From NCBI GenBank assembly GCA_944372195.1, contig CALVYK010000006.1:3458-67457 (forward strand): a DNA stretch of 64,000 bases, written 5' to 3'. Positions 46,248 through 54,414 of this stretch are shown piece after piece (the stretch's first letter is position 1; every line of letters begins with the position of its first letter). Source of the stretch: an uncultured Bacilli bacterium. Lineage in GTDB: Bacteria > Bacillota_I > Bacilli_A > RF39 > UBA660. The notes under the pieces are model-generated. The model was not told the origin of the DNA, ran no database searches, and saw only the letters and a program-made list of their open reading frames with translations. A program made the translations under genes and the position numbers.

Positions 46248-46335
46248 TAGGTTGAGTTGGAGTTGCACCAACAAAAACTAAAAAAGGTTATGATGTTACG
46301 CACCATCCCGACTAGCTGATATTCGGCTTCAACCT
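46248..46335 (-). tRNA. tRNA-Tyr (GTA)-like element, non-canonical (possible pseudo-tRNA or mimic)
   Basis: Acceptor AGGTTGA/TCAACCT, A73, D arm CCGA/TCGG, anticodon arm ATGGT-GCGTAAC-ATCAT (C33 instead of U33), unstructured T-rich 17-nt variable region, T loop TGCAACT. Confidence 0.4.
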
Positions 46336-46343
46336 ATATAAAC

Positions 46344-46459
46344 GGAATACTTATATGTGCTCTACCATTGAGCTACCTCATGAAATAAATTTCATGGGAT
46401 TGGATTCGAACCAATAATACCAAGCTTAAAAAACTAATATATTTTGCTGTGTGTATTCC
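46344..46459 (-). ncRNA. Circularly permuted tRNA-like RNA (YrlA / Y-RNA-like candidate)
   Basis: 5' GGAATAC (46453-46459) pairs with 3' GTATTCC (46344-46350). Inside, in order: variable region, T arm ATTGG-TTCGAAT-CCAAT (46399-46415), acceptor-like hairpin CCCATGAAA-TTTA-TTTCATGAGG, D arm GCTC-AATGGTA-GAGC. Confidence 0.65.
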
Positions 46460-46546
46460 TCAATTTATACTTTGGATTTTATTTAATTATACAAAATAAT
46501 AGGATTTAACCATATTTTATAAATTATAAACTAATAATTCTTATTA

Positions 46547-46618
46547 TAGCGGTATAGAGAATTGAACTCTAATTCTTAGGTTGAAAACCTAAAGTCCTAA
46601 CCATTAGACGATACCGCC
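46547..46618 (-). tRNA. tRNA-Glu (TTC)
   Basis: Acceptor GGCGGTA/TACCGCT, D arm GTCT-AATGGTTA-GGAC, anticodon arm TTAGG-TTTTCAA-CCTAA, T arm TAGAG-TTCAATT-CTCTA. Confidence 0.8.
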
Positions 46619-46651
46619 AAATTAATTAGCTATATTTAATTTTTTTTAAAA

Positions 46652-46946
46652 TGGTGGAGGTGGAGAGAATTGAACTCTCGTGCAAAAATATTTTTATAAC
46701 ACTTTAATTACAAGTTTATCATGTTTTTTACTTTCCTTCTAATGTTTACATGCAACACCCTAAAAGTCAGCATTCAATTTATACTAAATTGAAAAAAAAT
46801 CACCTAAACAAATAAAAATGAGATTTTATGAACATTTAATTACTTTACTAATTACGCAGCATTTATTTTTTTGTCGTTTTTGAAGTGTACACTCACTTAC
46901 TTGTAGTAATTATAAAAAGATATTTTTGTCAATACCATACACCCCC
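46652..46946 (-). ncRNA. ssrA: tmRNA (SsrA), 295 nt, phage-encoded
   Basis: 5' GGGGGTG pairs with 3' CACCTCC-A-CCA, including a G3:U70 wobble. T arm GAGAG-TTCAATT-CTCTC. 5' GGTATTGAC resembles the conserved GGATTCGAC. Helix 2 is CAAAAATA/TATTTTTG. The tag frame AAC GAC AAA AAA ATA AAT GCT GCG TAA ends at 46852. Confidence 0.85.
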
Positions 46947-47004
46947 ATTTAAAACTGGCTGTATAAAATATTTAGATTTCAATGTTCAATTTTGATATAT
47001 TTTT

Positions 47005-47033
47005 ATTATAGCACTATTATTTTTATTTGTCAA
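47005..47033 (-). promoter_or_regulatory. Promoter TTGACA-N17-TATAAT heading the RNA-gene cluster
   Basis: -35 at 47028-47033, -10 at 47005-47010; about 55 nt upstream of the tmRNA 5' end. Confidence 0.7.
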
Positions 47034-47039
47034 GTGGTT

Positions 47040-48752
47040 TTAAAAATTTTTTATATTATTATCGCAAATGCAATATTCTTTAAGTGTTTCGACCTGTTCA
47101 AAGAATAATTTATCTAAATCCTTAGAATCTAAATCTTCAAAATTATCTACTTTCATATAAATATCAAGAAGAACCTTTTTTACAACTTCATTTACTTCAT
47201 CATTATACAATAAATTAGAAAAGAAATTAGTAAAATCTATTTTTTGTGATTGAAAACTTTTAATATACGGATATATTAACTCTAAGAATATATTTTTGTA
47301 AAAAGAGTCCATATAATTTATAGCTTTAAGTCTTATTAATTCTACCGCTCTATTATTTGAAAAAATAGGACTAAAACATGTTGCTAATAATATTTTTTGT
47401 GCAAAAACAGGTCTACTGTCATAATGTATATCTTTTTTAACTATATCTTCTTGTTTTTCTGTGTGCCATTTTATTTTTTTATAAATATCATTTTCAGAAA
47501 TTATAAGTTTATTAGCAACAAGTTCAATATATTGTTTTCTATCCATAAAATTTGAGATATTAGCTAATATTGGAACCAAAAAATTTAAACAGCTTGTTTT
47601 TTCTTCAATATTCTTTGGATTTATATTCTTTAACTTTAAATCAATTAAAAATTCATTATAAATTTTTGAATGTTTAATTAAATTATTAAAATCTTCTCTT
47701 GTATGATTTGTAAGGTACATATCAGCGTCACATTTTGACCCATCCTTATTTCTCAAATCAATTATATACACTTTAGCATAAGGTATATTGCTTTTGATAG
47801 TAGCAACAAGCTTATCTAAAGATGTTAAGCCTTTTGTATCTGGTCTTAAAGGTGCATCATCTTCTAAACAATAATAGAACTTATCTGTATATTTTTTTAA
47901 CATATTAACTTGACAATCTGATATATTAAGCCCATCTAAACATACAGCATTAACAATTCCCTTTTGATGACATTTAATTACATCAATATTACCTTCAACT
48001 AAAATAACTGAATTAAAATTTTTTATATATTTTTTTGCTTGATATAAACCAAATATAAATTGACTTTTTTCATATATTTCTGTGTTAGAAGTGTGCATAT
48101 ACTTATAGTTGTCACTATCTACGTATAATCTTCCTGTAAAACTAAGTATATTACCATATTCATCAATTCTTGGGAAAATAACTCTATCATTTTTAAATTT
48201 AGCATGATAATTGTTATTTAAATCTGGGACTATTAATCCTAACCTTTTCAAGCTATCTTTAAAAGGAAGTTTATTTATGCCACATCCTATTTTAAAATCT
48301 TCTATTATCTTAGGAGATAATCCTCTTATTTTAGTCAAATAATTATAAGCTTCGTTATTACCCTTTAGTGATAACTGAAATTTTTCACACATAAGTTTGT
48401 TAATATCATATAAAGACTTTTTTACTTTATATTTTTCTTCTTCTTCGGGTGATAATTCAATAGTAACATCATATAACTTTGCTATTGCTTCTACAGCTTC
48501 ACCAAAAGATACATTAAAAAATCTTTTGTAAAAAGAGAATACATCACCACCTGTGTTACAAGACCCCCAACATCTCCATAAACCATATTGTGTATCTATT
48601 GAGAATGAAGGTCTATTTTCATTATGAAAAGGGCATAATGCAAATGCTCTATTACTACCAGTATTTTTTAAGTCTGGCAAATATTTTTTATAAAAATCAA
48701 AAAAATTAATTTTAGATTTAATTTCGTCTAATTTTTCACGTGTGTATAACAT
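47040..48752 (-). CDS. dnaG: DnaG-type DNA primase
   Basis: CHC2 zinc finger CPFHNENRPSFSI...WRCWGSC; TOPRIM VILVEGNIDV ... LEDDAP. Confidence 0.85.
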   Translation of the reverse strand: MLYTREKLDEIKSKINFFDFYKKYLPDLKNTGSNRAFALCPFHNENRPSFSIDTQYGLWRCWGSCNTGGDVFSFYKRFFNVSFGEAVEAIAKLYDVTIELSPEEEEKYKVKKSLYDINKLMCEKFQLSLKGNNEAYNYLTKIRGLSPKIIEDFKIGCGINKLPFKDSLKRLGLIVPDLNNNYHAKFKNDRVIFPRIDEYGNILSFTGRLYVDSDNYKYMHTSNTEIYEKSQFIFGLYQAKKYIKNFNSVILVEGNIDVIKCHQKGIVNAVCLDGLNISDCQVNMLKKYTDKFYYCLEDDAPLRPDTKGLTSLDKLVATIKSNIPYAKVYIIDLRNKDGSKCDADMYLTNHTREDFNNLIKHSKIYNEFLIDLKLKNINPKNIEEKTSCLNFLVPILANISNFMDRKQYIELVANKLIISENDIYKKIKWHTEKQEDIVKKDIHYDSRPVFAQKILLATCFSPIFSNNRAVELIRLKAINYMDSFYKNIFLELIYPYIKSFQSQKIDFTNFFSNLLYNDEVNEVVKKVLLDIYMKVDNFEDLDSKDLDKLFFEQVETLKEYCICDNNIKNF

Positions 48753-48786
48753 TTATTATTCCTACTTTATTGTTTTAACTTTATCA

Positions 48787-49149
48787 CTAAATCACTTTAT
48801 TTATACATTTTTTAATTACATCACAACAAGTTTTGCATTTATGGTTTGCAATCTCTAATAATGATATTTTTATATTCAACAATTTTATATATGAAAGACA
48901 ATTAAGGTCTAGTTGATTTTCTAAAATACTGTTCACTTCTTCTTCACAGGTATACATTATATCTTGTATTAGCGTAATATTTGATAAAATATTTTGTAAA
49001 TAATCTTTGAATATAGGATTATTGTCTTTTGAAAGTAAAATAAATTCATCATAAAATGACAATAACACTTCAAGTATAAAACTTATTTTATCATTTTGCG
49101 TTTTTACAAATTCAGAATATCTTTTTATTAACTCTTTTATGTCTTTCAT
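48787..49149 (-). CDS. Hypothetical protein
   Basis: Track ORF begins at TTG 49158; the first ATG is at 49149. Confidence 0.5.
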   Translation of the reverse strand: MKDIKELIKRYSEFVKTQNDKISFILEVLLSFYDEFILLSKDNNPIFKDYLQNILSNITLIQDIMYTCEEEVNSILENQLDLNCLSYIKLLNIKISLLEIANHKCKTCCDVIKKCINKVI

Positions 49150-49164
49150 AGCAACCAATTTTAT

Positions 49165-49749
49165 TTATTTTATAGCTGATAATTTTGTCAATTTTCTATA
49201 ACAATTTTTACAAACAGACTTGTATTGTACATTAGAATTTTCTATTAAAAGTAGGCTTGAACAATTGTCTATATCTAATTTATCATCTACATATCTAACA
49301 CATCTTGTAGCTATATCGCCACATTCTTCACATTTAGCTGTTAAAACTTCAATATTATCCGCATAAGGTAAAACTCTTTCTATAGTAGTAAATGCTTTAC
49401 CCATGTAGTCTAAAGATAGACCAAAAAGATATATTTTTTTATCGTTTTTGTCACAAAACTCTAAAAAATTTAAAAATTCATCTATATTATGTTGTCCAGC
49501 TAAAAACTGTGTTTCATCAATAAAAATGTATTCAGAATCTTGAATATAATTGTATAAATCTTTTACTTCAAAAATTCTTGTTGCTTTTAAAGATTTGTTA
49601 TCTTTTCTTGAAACGATATAATTGTCTTTTCTTGAACAACAAGCTGGATAAGCTACAATGTATTTAAAACCATTCTTGTCACATTCTTCAACTATTGATA
49701 TTAATTTAGCAGTTTTACTAGCTTTCATAGTGCCTATAAAAATGTTTAG
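49165..49749 (-). CDS. tdk: Thymidine kinase
   Basis: P-loop FIGTMKASKT, FIDETQF, zinc site CEECG...CKNCY. Start moved to MLNIF (RBS ggaga) from track start 49785. Confidence 0.85.
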   Translation of the reverse strand, partial: LNIFIGTMKASKTAKLISIVEECDKNGFKYIVAYPACCSRKDNYIVSRKDNKSLKATRIFEVKDLYNYIQDSEYIFIDETQFLAGQHNIDEFLNFLEFCDKNDKKIYLFGLSLDYMGKAFTTIERVLPYADNIEVLTAKCEECGDIATRCVRYVDDKLDIDNCSSLLLIENSNVQYKSVCKNCYRKLTKLSAIK

Positions 49750-49802
49750 CATTATATCTCCAATTAAAACTATTTCTAATTTCATTATAACACTTTAGAT
49801 TT

Positions 49803-49898
49803 AAAAGTCAATATATTTTTTGTAAATTTTTTTTAAAAGTCAATATATTTTTTGTAAATTTTTTTTAAAAGTCAATATATTTTTTGTAAATTTTTTTT
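49803..49898. repeat. Three perfect 32-bp tandem repeats aaaagtcaatatattttttgtaaatttttttt
   Basis: Units at 49803-49834, 49835-49866 and 49867-49898 read directly. Confidence 0.95.
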
Positions 49899-49908
49899 AA
49901 ATTAGGGG

Positions 49909-49937
49909 TTGACAAATTTTTATTTTTATGATATAAT
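49909..49937 (+). promoter_or_regulatory. Promoter TTGACA-N17-TGaTATAAT
   Basis: -35 at 49909-49914, -10 at 49932-49937. Confidence 0.75.
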
Positions 49938-49943
49938 GAAAGT

Positions 49944-50200
49944 ATTACTAAGGGGTAATACTTTATAGTATTACTATTAGTATAATACATGATATTATAC
50001 ATGATTATAATATGATTATTATACATGATTATAATATGATTTAAATATAATCATGAATATAATCATAAAATACTATTAGTATTAATCATGATTATAATAT
50101 GATTAAATATAATCATGAATATAATCATGAATATAATCATAAAATACTATTAGTATTAATCATGATTATAATATGATTATAAAAAAAATATTTATAAAAA
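49944..50200. repeat. Dense iteron / inverted-repeat array built on ATCATG-CATGAT
   Basis: aaaatactattagtattaatcatgattataatatgatta occurs twice (about 50067 and 50139). atacatgattataatatgatt occurs twice (about 49998 and 50021). ataatcatgaat tandems, the palindrome taatcatgatta, and the hairpin agtatta-ctaagggg-taatact at 49941-49962 are also present. Confidence 0.85.
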
Positions 50201-50203
50201 CAC

Positions 50204-50231
50204 TTGACAAAAAAATATAATGTGTTATAAT
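50204..50231 (+). promoter_or_regulatory. Promoter TTGACA-N16-TGtTATAAT for the plus-strand replication module
   Basis: -35 at 50204-50209, -10 at 50226-50231. Confidence 0.75.
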
Positions 50232-50273
50232 GAGATAAAGAACAAATAACAAAGGTTCAAAAAGGAGTTTTAA

Positions 50274-50975
50274 ATGACTAAAAATTTAGTAAAAATCAAA
50301 AATGCAAAAGTTTCTTATTCAACAATGCTTAACAGAATTGATAAAGCAAAAAAAGGTAGAGCTTTTATCATTTTAGTTCCAGCAGATTCACCTGAATTAG
50401 CTAAAATTAAAGAACTTTATGGTGAGTTAAATACTCAAGCTAAGACTGTTTTTGGTGAAAAATTAGGTAAAAAATTGAAAAATGCTGATACAGACATTTT
50501 TGAAGAAAGCGTATATCATGAAGGATTTGTAGAATTAAAATTTAATGTCTACAACATTAATGAAAAAGAACTTGAAAATGAAGATGGTACAAAAACTACA
50601 AAACTTGTAGAAAATTTAAATCCAATGTATAAAGGTAATTCAAGATTTTGTTATTTTGTAGACAATAACGGTAATAAGATTTATGAAACCAACACTGGTA
50701 AAGGGATTTATCCATTGTCAGGTAATACCGTAGACATTACTTTATCTTTAGTTGCTAAATATAACAGCCAAAAAAATAGACCATCTATCTTATTCAAAGC
50801 CGAAGATGTAAAAATAGTTGAAAGTGATTTTGGTAACAAAAGCTCATCTCCTTCTACTGGATTTTTAACATTAGACGGTGATGATGAGGATATACAGAAC
50901 AATGTAGAAATGGCTAAAACCGTAGATGAAAATGAAGTATTTAGCGAAAATGAATTAACAGCTTTAGATGTTTAG
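50274..50975 (+). CDS. Putative single-stranded DNA-binding protein (phage SSB-like)
   Basis: First gene of the replication module; RBS aaaggag; acidic C-terminal tail DGDDEDI...ENELTALDV. The assignment is weak. Confidence 0.4.
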   Translation: MTKNLVKIKNAKVSYSTMLNRIDKAKKGRAFIILVPADSPELAKIKELYGELNTQAKTVFGEKLGKKLKNADTDIFEESVYHEGFVELKFNVYNINEKELENEDGTKTTKLVENLNPMYKGNSRFCYFVDNNGNKIYETNTGKGIYPLSGNTVDITLSLVAKYNSQKNRPSILFKAEDVKIVESDFGNKSSSPSTGFLTLDGDDEDIQNNVEMAKTVDENEVFSENELTALDV

Positions 50976-50984
50976 GAGGCGTAA

Positions 50985-51575
50985 GTGCAAGTAACAATTG
51001 GTAAAATAGAATTAGGTATTACTAATAATGGTACTGTTAAAGCATACATCTACCCATCTGGAAGTGATTTCACAAATATATGTGAAGCTATTGAGATAAT
51101 AGGAGATTCAGCTATATATTTAGCCACACGTAAAACAGGTGAAACTGTAGAAATTACAGAAAAGGGTCAATGGAAAAATATAAACATTCCAAAGCAATAT
51201 TTAAATGCGTTAAATGACCCTATGTATGAAAGAACTAAATTATTATTTAATAGAAGTGTATCGGCTTTCAATAAATTAGCTAATGGTCCTAGACAGGCTT
51301 TAGACTTTGATAGTGCTAAAGTTTTAATAACTAATAATTTAGAATTATTTTTAAAAACTCAAGATTTTATATTAGCTACACTTAAAAAAACAAATACAAA
51401 CTTTGCTAAAAAAATTGTAGCAGATATTAAATCAGATAATGCTGAAACACAATTTAATGCTTGGAAATTAATTAACGAATTAACACATAAAAGTATTAAT
51501 GAAATTAATAAAGATTTTAAAATTATTAATGATTGTGAAGAAGTAAAAGAAGAAAAAACACCTGATAAAAAATAA
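50985..51575 (+). CDS. Hypothetical replication-module protein
   Basis: GTG start with RBS aggagg. Confidence 0.55.
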   Translation: MQVTIGKIELGITNNGTVKAYIYPSGSDFTNICEAIEIIGDSAIYLATRKTGETVEITEKGQWKNINIPKQYLNALNDPMYERTKLLFNRSVSAFNKLANGPRQALDFDSAKVLITNNLELFLKTQDFILATLKKTNTNFAKKIVADIKSDNAETQFNAWKLINELTHKSINEINKDFKIINDCEEVKEEKTPDKK

Positions 51576-51652
51576 TTCTAAAATTGGGATTATATAACCT
51601 TATTAATAGTTCTGTCCTTTCTTTCTATATTGGTATTAATCCCTTGATACAT

Positions 51653-51689
51653 AGACGTTATACATTTTAGTATAACGTCTTGTATTTTA
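51653..51689 (+). terminator. Intrinsic terminator
   Basis: 11-bp stem agacgttatac 51653-51663 / gtataacgtct 51670-51680, then a T-rich tail. Confidence 0.7.
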
Positions 51690-51691
51690 TA

Positions 51692-51719
51692 TTGACTTTT
51701 TTTATTCACATGATATAAT
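51692..51719 (+). promoter_or_regulatory. Promoter TTGACT-N16-TGaTATAAT
   Basis: -35 at 51692-51697, -10 at 51714-51719. Confidence 0.7.
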
Positions 51720-51740
51720 TAAAGAAAAAAAGGATTATTT

Positions 51741-53219
51741 ATGGCTATTCAAAATATCAATAAAATTATAACAAAAAGTCCACAACAATTAGAAGAAAAA
51801 ATTTTAAAAGCAATATTTAAAAATAATAATTCTTTACTTGAAATAATAGATATTATAAACTATAAAATGTTTACAATCGGTGATTATTCAAGTATTTACA
51901 TAGCAATGTTAGAATTATTAAAGTCTAATACAAATATCAATAATGAAACTGTAAAAATGTGGTTAGAAACTAACGGTATTAATATTGATTTTGAGGTTAT
52001 AAATAGACTTTATAACGAGAGTTTTACTGCTCTTAACATTAAAGATACAGCATTAATACTCAAAGAACTGTATCAAAGAAGATTTATGTTAATAAATATG
52101 AGGGAAATCATTGAAAAACAAGAAACTTCTCCTGCTTGTTCAAGTGATATATTAGAGTCTATTAATGACTTAGCTATGAAATCTGGTGAAATTGTAGCTA
52201 ACAACACCAAAGATACTAAGTGTTGTAAAGATGTAGAGCATTTTATGCAAAACTTTGAAGAAAAGTTTGAAGATAAAAAAACAGATGACTCTATTAAAGT
52301 AAGTTTGAATGTAATAAATTCACAACTTGGTGGTTTAAAAAGAGGGAACGTATGGACTATATGTGCAGACTCTCAAGTAGGTAAATCAATATTAGCTATT
52401 CAACTTTCTGTAGATGCTATAACAATTGACCCAAATATAGTAGTAGATTATTATAGCTTAGAAATGATAAAAGAAGAACAAGAAAATCGTGCTATAGCTT
52501 ATTATGCAAAAGTTGAACCACAATATATTGAAAATCCCAGAAAATATTTTGTTAGATTTGATAAAGTCACTGGTAGATATAGGGATTATTATAAAGAAAA
52601 TAGTGAATCTGATGAGGTTTTAGAATTTAAAGACAGGATTAAAAATGCAGTAAACTTTATTCATAATTCAAATTTATATATAGATGATACCCCTGATTTA
52701 AATATTGACACATTATATGCTAGAGTCAAAAGAAATTATATCAAAAGGGGTAAAATTGATTTAATCGTCATAGACCATATGAATATTTTAGCTAATGGAA
52801 ACCCTAGTGAAATGGTGGGTGAATTAGATAAAGCATATAATAAATTAAAGCAATTAGCTAAAAAATTAAATTGTGTAGTTTTGGCTTTAATGCAGTTTTC
52901 TAATGAACTTAAAAATGATGAACTTCGTAAACCAAATATATTTAACCTAAGAGGTAGTGGTGCGCCTAGGCACTATAGTGATGTAATAGTGGGAATTTGG
53001 AGACCAGAAGTTTATAGAGAAGTTATGGATAAACATCCTGAACTAAAAGGATATTGTGATTTAACTTGGCAAAAGGTTCGTGGATGTAAAAAACCAGATG
53101 TTACTGAATTAGATTATCATGGATATTATTTTACAGAAAAAACTATACAAGACGATAAAAAAGAAAATATTAAAAATATTTATCTTGATGATGAAGGAAA
53201 TGTAATAGGTGAAAAATAA
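51741..53219 (+). CDS. dnaB: DnaB-family replicative DNA helicase
   Basis: Walker A CADSQVGKS, Walker B LIVIDHMN, RecA-like C-terminal domain, N-terminal helical domain. Confidence 0.85.
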   Translation: MAIQNINKIITKSPQQLEEKILKAIFKNNNSLLEIIDIINYKMFTIGDYSSIYIAMLELLKSNTNINNETVKMWLETNGINIDFEVINRLYNESFTALNIKDTALILKELYQRRFMLINMREIIEKQETSPACSSDILESINDLAMKSGEIVANNTKDTKCCKDVEHFMQNFEEKFEDKKTDDSIKVSLNVINSQLGGLKRGNVWTICADSQVGKSILAIQLSVDAITIDPNIVVDYYSLEMIKEEQENRAIAYYAKVEPQYIENPRKYFVRFDKVTGRYRDYYKENSESDEVLEFKDRIKNAVNFIHNSNLYIDDTPDLNIDTLYARVKRNYIKRGKIDLIVIDHMNILANGNPSEMVGELDKAYNKLKQLAKKLNCVVLALMQFSNELKNDELRKPNIFNLRGSGAPRHYSDVIVGIWRPEVYREVMDKHPELKGYCDLTWQKVRGCKKPDVTELDYHGYYFTEKTIQDDKKENIKNIYLDDEGNVIGEK

Positions 53220-53231
53220 GAGGTATCAAAT

Positions 53232-53459
53232 ATGATTGAACCTAAGATAGTATATCTTATTAAAGATTTAGATAGTGATAAATATTTAGAAGTTAGAGGC
53301 TTAAAATTTGAACCCTTATTTTCTAGTAACCAATTTTTCTATAATTTAGAAGAAGCTAAAATAGAATATAAAATCTTAAAATTTGACAAAATGAAAAATG
53401 TTGAGATTATTGCTTTTAAAATAGAAGAGTTAGGAACTATTAAAATTAGAAATGAATAA
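53232..53459 (+). CDS. Hypothetical protein
   Basis: Track ORF; RBS aagagg. Confidence 0.55.
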   Translation: MIEPKIVYLIKDLDSDKYLEVRGLKFEPLFSSNQFFYNLEEAKIEYKILKFDKMKNVEIIAFKIEELGTIKIRNE

Positions 53460-54093
53460 AAAAATATTAGCTTGTGACTTTAGTTTAACTGGATGTGCTT
53501 TTATATATGATGATAATAACTATAAAGTAAAATATAAATATTTCTCATCTTTGAAAAGTGATTTTAAAAATGAAAATTGTTGTGAATTGTACAAAGAAGA
53601 TACATCTGTTAATAAATTAGATAAAATAATTAAAGTTTTTGAAAAGCTATTAATAGATAAAGAATTATTTATCTTAGAATCGCCAGCATATAGTTCAGTA
53701 AATAGTAATAATGAGTTTAAATATGGGTATGGTATAATGATGTTTTTAGCTAGAAAACATAATGTTCCTTATTTATTAATTCCACCAATTAGCAATAAAT
53801 TATATTTTACTGGAAATGGTAAAGCCACAAAAGATGATATGATTAAAAAAGCTGATGATTATAATAATATTATAAATATTAAAGAAATATCTAAAAAACA
53901 TCAGGAAGATATATCAGATTGTTTAAGTTTATATCTATTAGGCAAAGACTATATAAAAAATTATGATTATTTAGTTTTATCTGGGGAAAATAAACATTTT
54001 AATAATTTAGAATTAAATAAGCAACAAGTTATCGCAAAGCTATATAATCGTGAAGATTTAGTTAAAAAAATAATTAAATTAAGAAAAAAATAG
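53452..54093 (+). CDS. RuvC-like Holliday junction resolvase (putative)
   Basis: N-terminal ILACDFSLTG (catalytic Asp), ILESPAYS (Glu), C-terminal DISDCLSL. Confidence 0.5.
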   Translation: MNKKILACDFSLTGCAFIYDDNNYKVKYKYFSSLKSDFKNENCCELYKEDTSVNKLDKIIKVFEKLLIDKELFILESPAYSSVNSNNEFKYGYGIMMFLARKHNVPYLLIPPISNKLYFTGNGKATKDDMIKKADDYNNIINIKEISKKHQEDISDCLSLYLLGKDYIKNYDYLVLSGENKHFNNLELNKQQVIAKLYNREDLVKKIIKLRKK

Positions 54094-54137
54094 AGTTAAA
54101 AAATATAATTTTCCTAAAAAAACTTTTTAAAAAACAC

Positions 54138-54165
54138 TTGACAAAAAAACATTATATGTTATACT
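54138..54165 (+). promoter_or_regulatory. Promoter TTGACA-N16-TGtTATACT
   Basis: -35 at 54138-54143, -10 at 54160-54165. No ORF follows before the next promoter. Confidence 0.7.
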
Positions 54166-54203
54166 AATAATATATCTGTTGCATTAATAAAAATTTAAAA
54201 AAA

Positions 54204-54273
54204 AGAATACATACAGCAAACTAAAATTATATACTGAAAATATTTGCTCCTATTTTGTTTAAAAAAGTATTCT
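54204..54273 (+). ncRNA. Y-RNA-like stem module b (stand-alone transcript candidate)
   Basis: AGAATAC (54204-54210) pairs with GTATTCT (54267-54273); 5'-side motif ATACAGCAAAC; inner helix CAGCAAA/TTTGCT; followed by gttaaattttta. Confidence 0.5.
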
Positions 54274-54295
54274 GTTAAATTTTTATAAAAAATAC

Positions 54296-54324
54296 TTGAC
54301 AAAATGATTAATATATGATATAAT
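54296..54324 (+). promoter_or_regulatory. Promoter TTGACA-N17-TGaTATAAT
   Basis: -35 at 54296-54301, -10 at 54319-54324. Confidence 0.75.
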
Positions 54325-54353
54325 GTAAGTATATTAAATATAATTAAAAAAAA

Positions 54354-54411
54354 AGATTACAGACAGCAAACTAAATTACAAAATATTGGCGCTTTCAAAG
54401 TAATTTGTAAT
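54354..54411 (+). ncRNA. Y-RNA-like stem module c (in the 5' leader of CDS 54504-55898)
   Basis: AGATTACA ... TGTAAT closing helix with a compensatory A:T to T:A change relative to modules b and d; motif GACAGCAAAC; inner hairpin AAATTAC/GTAATTT. Confidence 0.5.
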
Positions 54412-54414
54412 AAA

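Noticed and set aside
46344-46420. Reading the T-arm piece and the acceptor/D-arm piece as two independent degraded tRNA genes, or as a split tRNA
   Set aside because: The pieces are in permuted order and are joined by a hairpin that pairs their acceptor strands. The whole is enclosed by a 7-bp helix whose sequence motif recurs at 54204-54473. A single permuted tRNA-like RNA explains all of this better. The decay-fragment possibility is kept as the refutation test.
49803-49898. Tandem repeats at 49803-49898 and 18-112 as CRISPR arrays
   Set aside because: The repeats are directly abutting with no unique spacers, and no cas genes are present.
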